NCBI GenBank assembly: GCA_051546255.1
Contig: CP128817.1
Location: 868,001 to 932,000, forward strand
Reading direction: 5' to 3'
Length of the DNA stretch: 64,000 nt
DNA from: Meyerozyma guilliermondii
Lineage: Eukaryota
Below are positions 40,853 to 51,756 of the stretch, piece after piece. Each line of letters opens with the position of its first letter. Positions within the stretch are counted from its first letter, which is position 1. The position numbers and the translations under genes are program-made. The notes beneath the pieces were generated by a model. That model saw only the letters and a list, made by a program, of their open reading frames with translations, searched no databases and was not told the origin of the DNA.

Positions 40853-42235
40853 ATGAATGTGGGGTCGATATTAAATAACGACGGGCCTGTAGACGCTGGT
40901 TCTGTCACTGCCAATTCCAGTGCGCTGAATCTGCCTGTAGCTCGTCCCGGAGCTTCGGCAAGACCAGAACGACATTCTATTGTCAACTTGTTGAACGACG
41001 ATGAGAAAAGCGCAAAAAACAAGAACATTTTGAACAAAAAAGATGCCGAAAAGAAGCAACATGAGACACCTAGCGGCTCTCTGGGTACACAGGACTTCAA
41101 TGGAGACTTCAGTACACAAAAATCTATAAAAAGCGACGAAAATCAACGTGCCCAAAATGCCCCGGTCGATGAATTGGCCCGTCTTCACAAGCTTAAAAGC
41201 CTGACAAAGCCCACACGGTACACCGTGCCTCCCATTTGGGCACAGGAATGGAATCCAAGCAAATCTGGAGCTCCAGAGCCTACTATTCAAGGACCACCTG
41301 ATATTAGCGGAACGTATTTATCTTCCAAACGGGTGTTTGACCCAACTATAACCACCAGCGTTGATCTCGAGTGCTCTATAACAGGCGTAATACCACCCGC
41401 TTCAGTTACCAGGACAGTGGCTGAATGGGTATATGCAAATTTCACCGAGATTCCCAACGACCAAAGACAGAATGTTGAGTTAGAAGCCAAATTTGGACTT
41501 ATAGTTGACAAGCGAAGTGGCCGGCGGATCGATATCAGCGTGGCTTCCGAGTGTATTTTCACCGACAAGGCAAATACTCATTTTGACATGGGTGTTCATG
41601 AAGTTGGCTGGCGAGCCATGTGCGATTTTTTGGACGAACTCGAGCGGAAATACCAGGAAGAGAACCGCAAAAGCAACACCAAGACAAAACACAAGTTTTC
41701 CCGACTAGAATCCGACGTTACAGACCGGTTTTATGAAATTAGTGAACGCAATTCGCAACCGAAAACCATGAGAGTTTCCACCGATGCTCTTCTGAAACGC
41801 CAGTGGGGCATCAACAAGCAGAGACTCAGTGACTTGTACATCCACAACCCGCTGTGTATGCACGATCTTCGGTTATCTCTTCTGTATGAACATCCGATTC
41901 CCGAGACCAGTCTAGAGTCGATTGTCTCCAAAAACCAGCCTGTTCTTACCAGAGCCAAGAAACGGACTTCGTGGTCCCACCGGCCCACCGTGACCACGTT
42001 TGACCTTACAAAAGTACAGACACCTCGAGAACTGAAAAATATGAAAGGAAAGAAGATTGTAGACCAAGACACCAGCTACGAAGTGGAACTCGAAGTGGAT
42101 ACTCCAGAACTATTTTCAGGCTACGATTTGTTTAAGACCGGCGCAGATACCATTCGGTTTGAGGAATTGATAGAGATTTTCCTCAACAATGCCCGGTGCC
42201 TAAATAATCGGGTTACCAAGATGGCCAACAAGTAG
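40853..42235 (+). CDS. CET1: mRNA capping enzyme beta subunit (RNA 5'-triphosphatase)
   Basis: PPIWAQEW guanylyltransferase-binding motif, ELEAKFG (motif A) and YEVELE (motif C). Confidence 0.95.
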   Translation: MNVGSILNNDGPVDAGSVTANSSALNLPVARPGASARPERHSIVNLLNDDEKSAKNKNILNKKDAEKKQHETPSGSLGTQDFNGDFSTQKSIKSDENQRAQNAPVDELARLHKLKSLTKPTRYTVPPIWAQEWNPSKSGAPEPTIQGPPDISGTYLSSKRVFDPTITTSVDLECSITGVIPPASVTRTVAEWVYANFTEIPNDQRQNVELEAKFGLIVDKRSGRRIDISVASECIFTDKANTHFDMGVHEVGWRAMCDFLDELERKYQEENRKSNTKTKHKFSRLESDVTDRFYEISERNSQPKTMRVSTDALLKRQWGINKQRLSDLYIHNPLCMHDLRLSLLYEHPIPETSLESIVSKNQPVLTRAKKRTSWSHRPTVTTFDLTKVQTPRELKNMKGKKIVDQDTSYEVELEVDTPELFSGYDLFKTGADTIRFEELIEIFLNNARCLNNRVTKMANK

Positions 42236-42321
42236 TAATATACAGGGAAAGACTTGACCGCCTGCAGGATTTCGCGTCGTGTCGACTTTCTTCAGTCGAC
42301 TCTTCAACAGGTGGTCAATCC

Positions 42322-43317
42322 ATGCCCATCAACATTACGGGGCTCTTTGTGGCACTTTTGGTGCTTTGGGTGGTAGCAGGAGCAGCGCTGTATGGTCTAG
42401 TGTTTATATTCAAGCACCAACCTCGTCCAGAAACCTCAAATGAGAAATTATACTACACTAATGATGGCCTTGAAGACACAACTTATTCGCTTCCTTCGAG
42501 ACTTCTGTCAATAACAGACGGCCCAAGTGCCACTACAGACCTCAGTGTGGTGATTCCTTGCTATAACGAGACCGAGAGGCTAGGAAAAATGTTGGACGAA
42601 GCAGTGGGGTACCTTCGGTCCACGAGGTTGAAGTATGAAATCATAATTGTCGACGATGGAAGTCAAGATGGTACCGACAAGTATGCCTTGAACAAAGCGG
42701 TGGAGTTGAAGCTCGCTCCTCATATCATGAAAGTTGTAAAATTGGATCACAATCGTGGAAAAGGTGGAGCTGTGACTCACGGCTTGTTGCATTCGCTGGG
42801 AAAATTGGCACTTTTTGCCGATGCCGATGGTGCTACCCAATTCAGCGATGCTGAGCACCTCATTACTTATCTCCAGAAGCTTCCAGAAGACAGTGCTGGT
42901 GTCGCTATTGGGTCCCGAGCCCATATGGTCAATACGGAAGCGGTGGTAAAACGGTCGTTTATTCGCAATTTTCTCATGTACGGGTTGCACACGTTGGTGT
43001 ATGTTTTCGGGATCCGAGACGTCCAAGATACCCAATGTGGGTTCAAGATGTTCAACAGAAAAGCGGTGAAAATGATCTTTCCACATATGCATACTGAAAG
43101 ATGGATTTTTGATGTTGAGGTGCTTCTTCTTGGCGAAATACAGGGAATCAGCATGCGAGAAATCGCGGTTAATTGGCAGGAAATCGGAGGATCCAAAATA
43201 GATTTGGCTCGAGACTCCATAGGCATGGCCATCGATTTGGTGGTGACAAGATTGGCTTACATTTTTGGGGTCTACAGGTTGGACGAATGCGGCAACGAAA
43301 CCAAGAAAAAGGAGTAA
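42322..43317 (+). CDS. ALG5: Dolichyl-phosphate beta-glucosyltransferase
   Basis: N-terminal TM, LSVVIPCYNE, NRGKGGAV, FADADGAT, DTQCGFK, WIFDVE. Confidence 0.95.
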   Translation: MPINITGLFVALLVLWVVAGAALYGLVFIFKHQPRPETSNEKLYYTNDGLEDTTYSLPSRLLSITDGPSATTDLSVVIPCYNETERLGKMLDEAVGYLRSTRLKYEIIIVDDGSQDGTDKYALNKAVELKLAPHIMKVVKLDHNRGKGGAVTHGLLHSLGKLALFADADGATQFSDAEHLITYLQKLPEDSAGVAIGSRAHMVNTEAVVKRSFIRNFLMYGLHTLVYVFGIRDVQDTQCGFKMFNRKAVKMIFPHMHTERWIFDVEVLLLGEIQGISMREIAVNWQEIGGSKIDLARDSIGMAIDLVVTRLAYIFGVYRLDECGNETKKKE

Positions 43318-43420
43318 CAAGGTACGAATAGAAATAGGAATAGAAGAAATAGATACTAGAGTCTTTTGCTAAACTGGACAGACGCTTATAAGACGAGGCT
43401 AGACATGTTCAAACAGATAA

Positions 43421-43492
43421 TCCGATATGGTGTAATGGCTAGCACAGTTCGCTCTCACCGAGCAGATCGGGGTTCGATTCCCCGTATCGGAG
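43421..43492 (+). tRNA. tRNA-Glu (anticodon CTC)
   Basis: Acceptor stem TCCGATA/TATCGGA, anticodon arm GTTCG-CT[CTC]AC-CGAGC, T-arm GGGGTTCGATTCCCC, and a T8 Pol III terminator at 43499-43506. Confidence 0.97.
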
Positions 43493-44547
43493 TAAAAATT
43501 TTTTTTCGCGGTGCGTCGGTTTCAATATTTTTTGCAGCCCAGAAACGACAGAAAACTGGGGAAAAAAGGACGAGTAAGAGCGCGCAATTGGGATGCAATT
43601 GAGCTGAAATTGAGATGGCTTCGTCGGCTTCTTCTAAAATTTGACACGCTTTCTCTTCTGGCTCCCTAAATCATACGGCATCGTCAAATTGGACTGCACA
43701 TCCATACACCGGTACCTTCTCGGTTATTGGTTATCTGCAGTGATCAATTGTGTTGAATGCAGGTTCTGCATGATGCATATGCATCGTGTAGACGTCACAT
43801 GAGACAAATAGAATTATACACTAGGAAAAGACACTTACAAACCAATCAGTATCTCAGTACCTTCATCAGTCATGCAGAAATTAGTCTATGCACTTAAATT
43901 TCATCTGCACAAAAACTCGCTGAAATTGACCCTATCAGTCAATTACATCACGACATGCAAGTATCTGCACCTGTCTACCCCTATCGTCAAAATATGCCCA
44001 ATTAGCCAAAATCTATTGTTTCGAGTGAGCTAACGGTGCCGCAAGCACATGCATACATGAAATAATGCTGATACGGGAGCGCTATTGTGTGATCGTGACA
44101 TCGCATGCGGTTAGAAGCATAAGAAAACTTTTTACTGGTCCGCTACTCCTCTCCGATTCCCGGCAGCCCAATCAGGCGGTCATTAGCCCAATAAAGTGCG
44201 GATGCATTTGACAGTGGACCTCGAATGGGAAAAATTGCATAATCGTGCAGAGTTCAGGTAGTTGCATGACAGCGCCTTATGACATGCGCGACTGCAAACG
44301 GCTAACAAATTGAAAGTTGGTTGCGCGTGCGCAATTATATATAACCAAGTCGGCGAAATTAAATTTGCAATTGCATTTATTTAGCACTGCAATCACTAGC
44401 TGACGAAAAGATTGATTTTCAGTGCAATTGAAACCAATTGACATATTGAAGATTAGATAACAATCATTCTTCAACCTACAATTCAAAACTTTCCATACTT
44501 TCCTTTAACAATTTCACATACAAACCGTCACAATTCAGGCCGAATTT

Positions 44548-45813
44548 ATGTCCGCATATATCCTCCTCGCCTCGAGGCAAAGTGCTGAAACTTCACTCAG
44601 AAAGCACAGGAACCTCTCGCTGTCTTCGAGTAGTCGGAGTTCTGCAAATTCTTCCGGTTCGAGTTCACGAGTAAAACGGTACGACATAGCCTCCAATACT
44701 TATGTCGAAACCAGATCTGTAAGTTCCGCAGATAGTGATGTTCTCAGTTATCAACGAGCCAAAGATCGGTTGGCTCGCAGTCCTTATTATCACAGCAACT
44801 TTCTTTTGAACCAAGAACTATTTGGTAACACCAAACTTTTCTCGTCTCGCAATTTGGAAATATTGCGATTTACATATTTTGAAAAATTCACCACCGATGA
44901 AAATTGCATCAATGTTTCGGGAAAATCGCCGTATATGAGGGAAATAAACCGTATACGACAAGGAAAAAGCAAACACCAAAATGAAGGTGAAAAATTTCAA
45001 AATGAAAGTGAAAAATTTCAAAATCAAACCCACGACAATTATGACAATTATGACAAGCTCAGATCTTCTTCCTCCGTTCAGCAGATTCTCCTTTCGAGCC
45101 AATTTTGGAACGACATCTACCAAGAAATCAAATTCCAATCGTCCGGCAATATCAACTACTTTGACCTTATGCCATCTATGACCCACTGTCAAACATTTTT
45201 TTCAGCAACTTTTGACTATCTATTGTATCATATTATGGAGCTCACACCTCCGGAATCAATGCCTCATCAAGACCCTTTTGTTCATTTTACCGATTTCGAC
45301 TATGGATTTATCTCCAATATGGGCCGGGTTCACGTGCAAGAATTTGCCACCCAGCATCACTTTTGCAGCTATTTTAGAGCAGCACCATCAAAAACAGCAT
45401 CGGTGGAAATCCATATCAAGCTCTTGACGGTTTTGGTTCAAACAATGATAGATAATTTGAGGCAAATTGTGCAAACTGGGAATCGTAATCGGCACTCAAA
45501 AGTGGTTGATTTATGGGAACAATTTATGACATTTGTTATGATGCAATTGATATTTACTCCTGATAACAGAGACCGCTTGGAAAAGCTCCTGGTACCTCCA
45601 GTTAAAGAGTACGAATTTCCTAGTCCTAATATTGATCAGGAAGAAGAATTTCGCAATTCGAGTCTCGAGTCAATTACATCCAAAACCACCGGTCCTGCAT
45701 CTATCGTATCAGCCACCAATTCTATGCTGATCTCGTCACCCGACTCCGAGCACGACGAGCCGGAGTGCACAAAGACCCCCAAGCGCCGGGTGTTTCAGTT
45801 TTTTAGGAAATGA
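44548..45813 (+). CDS. Hypothetical protein (421 aa, Ser-rich termini)
   Basis: Long ATG-initiated ORF with a TATATATAA about 210 nt upstream; no family recognised. Confidence 0.7.
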   Translation: MSAYILLASRQSAETSLRKHRNLSLSSSSRSSANSSGSSSRVKRYDIASNTYVETRSVSSADSDVLSYQRAKDRLARSPYYHSNFLLNQELFGNTKLFSSRNLEILRFTYFEKFTTDENCINVSGKSPYMREINRIRQGKSKHQNEGEKFQNESEKFQNQTHDNYDNYDKLRSSSSVQQILLSSQFWNDIYQEIKFQSSGNINYFDLMPSMTHCQTFFSATFDYLLYHIMELTPPESMPHQDPFVHFTDFDYGFISNMGRVHVQEFATQHHFCSYFRAAPSKTASVEIHIKLLTVLVQTMIDNLRQIVQTGNRNRHSKVVDLWEQFMTFVMMQLIFTPDNRDRLEKLLVPPVKEYEFPSPNIDQEEEFRNSSLESITSKTTGPASIVSATNSMLISSPDSEHDEPECTKTPKRRVFQFFRK

Positions 45814-46447
45814 ACGTTGTCTGCACCTCCGCTTCCCCTCTGCATGCTTATTTGCGTTCTCCCGTGCACCTGCTTCTTGCGCTCTGCGCTCTGCACTGCT
45901 TCCTCTCTACGCTTGGCGACATGTAATGCACTCAGGTACCGCACGTGCCGCCTGCATGGTTGTCTGCACCACGAAAGATTAGCGCTTTGCACAGAAAAAG
46001 ACAAGCATTCAGATCACTTAAATGAAACTTCCATCACTCTTGAGAATTAGTACCACCAATCTTCCATCTCTTTGTCCCTTGCTTTTTTTTTTCGTTATCT
46101 GTGCCGAGAAAAATTTCCAAATTCCCTGCATATGCGAACGGAACCCCCGTGCCCACCTGCAGTCACTAATCCCCATTCGGAATATTTATTATTTACGATG
46201 CGTCTATATTTATCCTGTTGTTGTGGATACCAAGGGGCTCCATAACCTTCGATGCTTTCTGCAGCAAGGGTCATTTATTAGCGCATATATAAGCGGCCCA
46301 CTTTCCACTTATTTTATTTGCCATAATCTATTCCTTCATCCACAACCCTTGTCGCTTGTATCCTTAGTGCGGCTCATTAATTAAAATATTGTGGTGTTGG
46401 GTCTCCATATATATTGCATCATCTCCTGAAGGTTTTTCTAATTCTTA

Positions 46448-46708
46448 ATGATACCCCCTGCAACTTCAGACTCCAGTCTCTTACGAGAACATGCCTTTTA
46501 TGACACCGGAAATCTGAAATATTCGCTCGGTTCCAAGTTTGATTACTACCAAAATACTTTGAACGAGTCAGAAACTGCATCCACAATTTTTGCAATATTG
46601 CTCATAATTACCCTTGTCCTCATGTTTCTCAACTTTGTTCCTAGAATCAGACACATGCACCGGCACCAGGTGCAGCGCGAGAAGCACGGGAGTGTCGAAA
46701 TGGTGTAA
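46448..46708 (+). CDS. Small single-pass membrane protein (86 aa), hypothetical
   Basis: ATG-initiated, one strong hydrophobic segment (IFAILLIITLVLMFLNFV) followed by basic residues; TATA-like elements upstream. Confidence 0.5.
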   Translation: MIPPATSDSSLLREHAFYDTGNLKYSLGSKFDYYQNTLNESETASTIFAILLIITLVLMFLNFVPRIRHMHRHQVQREKHGSVEMV

Positions 46709-46987
46709 TCTCGGAATATTTTGCTTTCAATGAAAGTCATCCGTGGCTTAATCTAATACAATCGTCCAAACTTTTGGACTCATCGCCGCTTATAAATGGC
46801 TAATTGGCTAGCCGCCTTTCGATAACAAACCAGTCCAGTGGTCACTGGTCTAGCTCATTCCTTGCCAGGCTTCATGCCAGCTTCTTGCCAGGCAACTTTG
46901 CATACAATTCTTTTCGTGAATTCTTTCGGTCATCTTTGGTCATCTTTGGTCTTTAGCATAATATACTTTAGTGTCCAGCCTGTAGAT

Positions 46988-48118
46988 CTACCGCTTTCGT
47001 TGCACCATATCCAACTCGATGTCCCATATGTTCCAGTCGTACCAGATTAAACTGGGAAATATAGTAAAGAAATGCCACATTGAATGAGCATCAAAGATAC
47101 CCCATACTGGATCAAACTCCATAAGTTCAAAAGCCATTCCCAAAACCATCCAAATGTTGAGAAATACTGGAAGTGTAGGAATATACTTGGATTCTGCAAA
47201 ACCAACATGTTCAAGTTTTGAAAGGATTTTAGTCTCGAATGGGAGTAGCTGGATTGAATTATTGAAGAAATGAGGGTTTTTGGCTACAATTCGAGAAACA
47301 GCCAAAGAATGTAAAATCCACAATGCCAATGAACTGAGACCGAAAAATAACCCAAATGCCATATTGTAAAGGTAATCCCAGCGCCTTAAAAGTTTGCAGC
47401 AATGGAGCACAAACACTGTTATTAATCCACATTGAAAAACAAATCGTCTCTGGTGGTTTTTTGACCGAAAAAGGTCAAAGTACCGAACCATAATGGCATT
47501 GAAATTTGCCAAAATAATGCCTGCTGCACCAAAATAGTCCAAAGTTTCGGTGATATTGTTGTCCCGTGTATGGAAAAGCGTACTGAATGTCCAGCCAACT
47601 ACACTAACAACCACAAGCACCATATACTGCCAGTACATTGTCGCAACGTCGCTATTGGATCCGTGTTTTTTGAATTGTTTCTGCAATTTTGGCCAGTTTC
47701 GGTAGCTAGCCATCATGTTTCCGATCGAAAATACCACTGAGGCAAACTCTTGGATTCCCAAAATCCGTACAAACGGCCATTTTCCATAAAATTGCACGAT
47801 TTCATGGCCATTGTTTTCACGTGAAATTGTCACCAATCGCTGGCATTTATAGTTACAATCCAGCAGACAGTCCCACAGGAAAACAATCCGACACACTGGA
47901 TTCACACTAAACTTTTCAAACTCTTCTAACTGGTATGAAGATGGAGGAACAGAGTCGAGAACAAGCTGGGGAAGTGGGTGATCCAGACGTGGATTGGAAC
48001 ATGAGTACAACTCGTCACAGTGCAGTAAGCATTTCTGGAACTCGGGAAGCCAATCTCCAACCGAAGCAAGCGCCAAAGACGCATGGAAGGCAATGGCTGA
48101 TAAACGAAACCAGTACAT
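46988..48118 (-). CDS. PER1: GPI lipid remodelling protein Per1 (PGAP3)
   Basis: Signal peptide then ASVGD, CNYKCQ, QFYGKWPF.R.LGIQE, FHTRD...TETLDYF and FDAHSMWH; ATG at 48118. Confidence 0.95.
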   Translation of the reverse strand: MYWFRLSAIAFHASLALASVGDWLPEFQKCLLHCDELYSCSNPRLDHPLPQLVLDSVPPSSYQLEEFEKFSVNPVCRIVFLWDCLLDCNYKCQRLVTISRENNGHEIVQFYGKWPFVRILGIQEFASVVFSIGNMMASYRNWPKLQKQFKKHGSNSDVATMYWQYMVLVVVSVVGWTFSTLFHTRDNNITETLDYFGAAGIILANFNAIMVRYFDLFRSKNHQRRFVFQCGLITVFVLHCCKLLRRWDYLYNMAFGLFFGLSSLALWILHSLAVSRIVAKNPHFFNNSIQLLPFETKILSKLEHVGFAESKYIPTLPVFLNIWMVLGMAFELMEFDPVWGIFDAHSMWHFFTIFPSLIWYDWNIWDIELDMVQRKR

Positions 48119-49938
48119 GTTGAAGTAATGAGCATTGGTGGTGAAGTAGGTGTGTGCAGGAAGACAAGTTCGGGACAAAATTGACAAGACAAGTTGACAC
48201 CTAATAGCTGGAAAACTGATCTGGAAAACGAAAAGTCATGGTCGGTGTTTTCTGGCTGAAATGTTCTCGTTCATGTTCAAGTTGATGGTTTTTCATGACT
48301 CTACTATTTGCAACATTAATGCAGAATTCATAAATTTTGCAAATATCTAGAAATTTGAATTTGAGAAGTTATTTCTTGAAGCTGAACAGGATGTTGCTTC
48401 TTCGACATGCAGCATACATTCTATTATCTGACCAACCATATAAGCCAAACATAGAGCCGAAAATCAATTGTAATGAAGCTGTCATAGTCGCGAAATTCCT
48501 ATTATTCAAGAAAGCCTTAAATGGAAAGCATTGAAATGAAACTCTTCCGACTGAATATTTGGCTCTTCTGAATCAAAAGGTACCACAACCACAAGACAAT
48601 AGCCAGTATCCATAGAAAGATAAATAAGGGAAGTTGAACAAATGGGCTGGTAATAGTCATATTCATTTTGACCGTGATTGACCATGTTTGAAGGGTATTC
48701 TTTCAGAGCAATGGTTGCAAAAAATAAAGAACTTTCGTTAAAAAGGATAACACAGAAATGAAGAGTAAAATGAATGGTCGGGCAAGGAGTAAACAAAATA
48801 TAAAAGTCGGTAATTGTTGCAACGGCTCGCATTCTGCGTGAAAACTTGCAACCAATCTGGTCCGCATGGACCCAGACACCACGACATATATAATGGATCA
48901 GATATATCCCCTCACATACATATACTTGCAATACATGTAAAAGTATATAGGTATCGGTTATGACCCAGATATAAGTATATACTGTTTCTAATTTCGATTT
49001 GATAAGTAATCCCCATAAAATATTATGACTTTGACAGCTACGTTCTGTTGATATGACTGATATGATTAGGCATTGAAGCTCAATTAGATTAAACAACGAA
49101 AAACGAGTCGAATAAATATACTTCCGGACGGGTCATTTATCCGCGGATATATATATGCGTTCGATTAATGTAACTTTTCGAACAGTTGCAAAAAGATTTC
49201 TTCCGCTACGAGGGGTAGGAAGATAAAAGATACTTGCAACAAAAATGAGGGCCACGTATATAAGCTCAAATTGTATGAGTGTCCGGTAGTACCAAGCTTA
49301 ATCCGAAAATAGATAACCCAACTTGCAACTAAAAGACTCCCAGACACCTCAAAACGGTCCCCTCATTATATAAGCTTGTCCAGTGTGTCCGCACTTAAAG
49401 ATAGCGGAGATACCTAATAAAGTTAAGTGCGCATACTAATCGGGATACACACTGTATCTAACAATTAGATCCAGGCCTTTTTCGGAAACAACTGAAAATA
49501 GTAAAAGCACCTTATTCAAAATAAACTAAACTGGTATTTCAATCAATACAATAAATCCGATAAATTTAATAATCCAAGTAAATCCGGTCATTGTCAATCC
49601 ACGTTCACCTTGCATGCTATCGATACCCCGTCTTATGTAATGCGTCTTGCTCTGATAATTGCGCTCAAGGAGGCAGAGGACAATAGCCGTCTATGCAGTT
49701 TGCCATATTTACGGAGTTCGTCACGTAGACGTAGTCGCAAGAACATTGAACGAAGTCCCGAAGGAACCGAGTCCTGAAGTTACCAAAGTTCTGAAGTTTA
49801 AAGTAAAGAAGAAGAATACGTAAAAGACGTAAAAAACATTAAACCACGAATTGCCATTTACAGAGCGTAGCTCTTATTCGTTCTGCTTACCTCTTCCAAA
49901 ATCAATAGGAACACTACTCACGCCTCAAATTAGTAGGC

Positions 49939-50012
49939 TGCGAAAAATGGTAATGCGAAAAACAGTGCGAAAATAGTATTGCGAAAAATACTTGCGAAAA
50001 ATACTGCGCAAA
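49939..50012 (+). repeat. Cluster of five TGCGAAAA motifs plus one degenerate copy
   Basis: tgcgaaaaatggtaatgcgaaaaacagtgcgaaaatagtattgcgaaaaatacttgcgaaaaatactgcgcaaa. Confidence 0.7.
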
Positions 50013-50760
50013 TCTCAAACCAAAAATCAAACGATAAAGATAGATTTGTATAACACATCTAGCCTCAATTCCGATCCGAAGATCATTTGATTCTCTCACA
50101 TAACAAAAATCTAATTTTTTGAAAATCTCCTTTCGTCTCCTTTTTCCAGTCCTTTTTCTACTCCTTCCTCTCCTTCCTGGACCAATCGCCGTAATGGTAT
50201 TTTCATAAAAAAAAAATCCACAGAGTGCAGATTGAATGCAGGCTGTGCAGGAGTCAGATGTTCCGGCAATTCACTCCCTGCAACCTATCGCATCTTGCAG
50301 CTAAATTAGAACCTTTTTGGGAGTTTCTTGGACCCCCGCACAGTAACTTTGAACCCCATCACCACCCCCACGTTGATTGCGCTTTCACAAAACTGGTTTG
50401 TTATCCCGATTTCATCCCCTCCTTGACAGTTTGGCTCGGCCTAAACGGGAAGCGCGCCGCACGCGGCGCATTGTCTTGTCTAAATTTTTCTTTCTGAAAA
50501 AAAAATTTTTGTTCCCCTCTGAAAAAAAATTCTGGCTTATAAACATATATAAATCCTAGTGGCGAGAAAAAATCTGGCACTTTATTCCATACCACAGGAT
50601 TTTATTTTTTCACAGGAAGCAGACTGATTGAAAGCATTAACTTCAGGAACTCTATCAATTGACAATTATCGTCTCTGATAAGACCTACTACTACTTTTTT
50701 GATTTACCCGTTTTTTTAAGAGCAAACATTTCAAAATCAAGTTCCTAGCAATAGCTATTC

Positions 50761-51573
50761 ATGTCTCGTAAGTCTACTTCTTCCAACTTTACCATGAAAA
50801 ATAAAACTAACCCTGAAGGTCTGTCCACCTTGGACTTGGCTGCCACCGGACCAAACCCGGAGTCGCAACCGGCTACTAAACGCAGAAAGGTGGATGTCAA
50901 AAATGACGCTTCAGATAAACTTGACCCCGTGGAGAAACTTTTGAGTTTTGCCGACCTTCACAATGATATTCTCCACTCGTTGGATCAGGAAACTCATAAT
51001 GAACCAGAAGAATGTGATGATTTACCCCCTTCTTCTACCCCAACTCCTTCCAATATTTCTGTTAATTTCACCAATATGCTCCAGGAGAACTTGCGCCACT
51101 ACTATTCCAATTGCAAAAGGGGCCCACTCGAGGTTTATAATGCCAATTCTTCGTTTGCCATCCTCAACAAACCTCTTATTAAAGAGCAACCCCCACTTCC
51201 AGCCCCCACCCGTCACGAGGTTCCATTTTTCAAAAATGTCAACTTCAACCCTAACGCCAAGTCTTCCTCTGCATACACGTTTGACGAGTACCTCGCTTAT
51301 GACGATGACGAGCCGGAATCGACATCGGAGTCAGATAGCGATAACTTGTCACCCGATACACCCACTTCGGCCCACCCATCTCCCATTCCTACCAACCTGA
51401 AAATGTGTTTCCACTACAGGCAATTCAATAATAACCTCAATCTTTCGTCCCACCCATCACAGGCCCCACAAGAAGACATTTTACAATTCTTGAACAAGAG
51501 ATCTATCATTTCCGGCAGAGCCAGCGAGATGGTGAGTACCGGAAACTTTATGATCAATGACTTCTTCTTATAA
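50761..51573 (+). CDS. Hypothetical protein (270 aa, NLS-like PATKRRKV, acidic/PEST segments)
   Basis: ATG-initiated ORF with TATATAAA about 215 nt upstream; no family recognised. Confidence 0.7.
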   Translation: MSRKSTSSNFTMKNKTNPEGLSTLDLAATGPNPESQPATKRRKVDVKNDASDKLDPVEKLLSFADLHNDILHSLDQETHNEPEECDDLPPSSTPTPSNISVNFTNMLQENLRHYYSNCKRGPLEVYNANSSFAILNKPLIKEQPPLPAPTRHEVPFFKNVNFNPNAKSSSAYTFDEYLAYDDDEPESTSESDSDNLSPDTPTSAHPSPIPTNLKMCFHYRQFNNNLNLSSHPSQAPQEDILQFLNKRSIISGRASEMVSTGNFMINDFFL

Positions 51574-51695
51574 CGATCGCTCTATTTCTTTGTGTATATT
51601 TATTGTATGTTACTGATGATTTCTGTAGAACAATCTCAATTTAGTTATACAATCTCTCTAGTTTTATAATCTCACTGTATCTTATCTGTCCTGTC

Positions 51696-51715
51696 CACGT
51701 GACAGAACACGTGAC
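51696..51715. promoter_or_regulatory. Tandem CACGTGAC (Cbf1/bHLH E-box) pair upstream of NVJ2
   Basis: CACGTGAC at 51696 and 51708, about 40-60 nt before the ATG. Confidence 0.55.
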
Positions 51716-51756
51716 ACCTCAGATAATATGCCAGCAACCGAATTCATGTTTTTGCC

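Noticed and set aside
48506..49096. 196-codon minus-strand ORF in the AT-rich interval
   Set aside because: Non-ATG start, non-protein-like composition and no motif.
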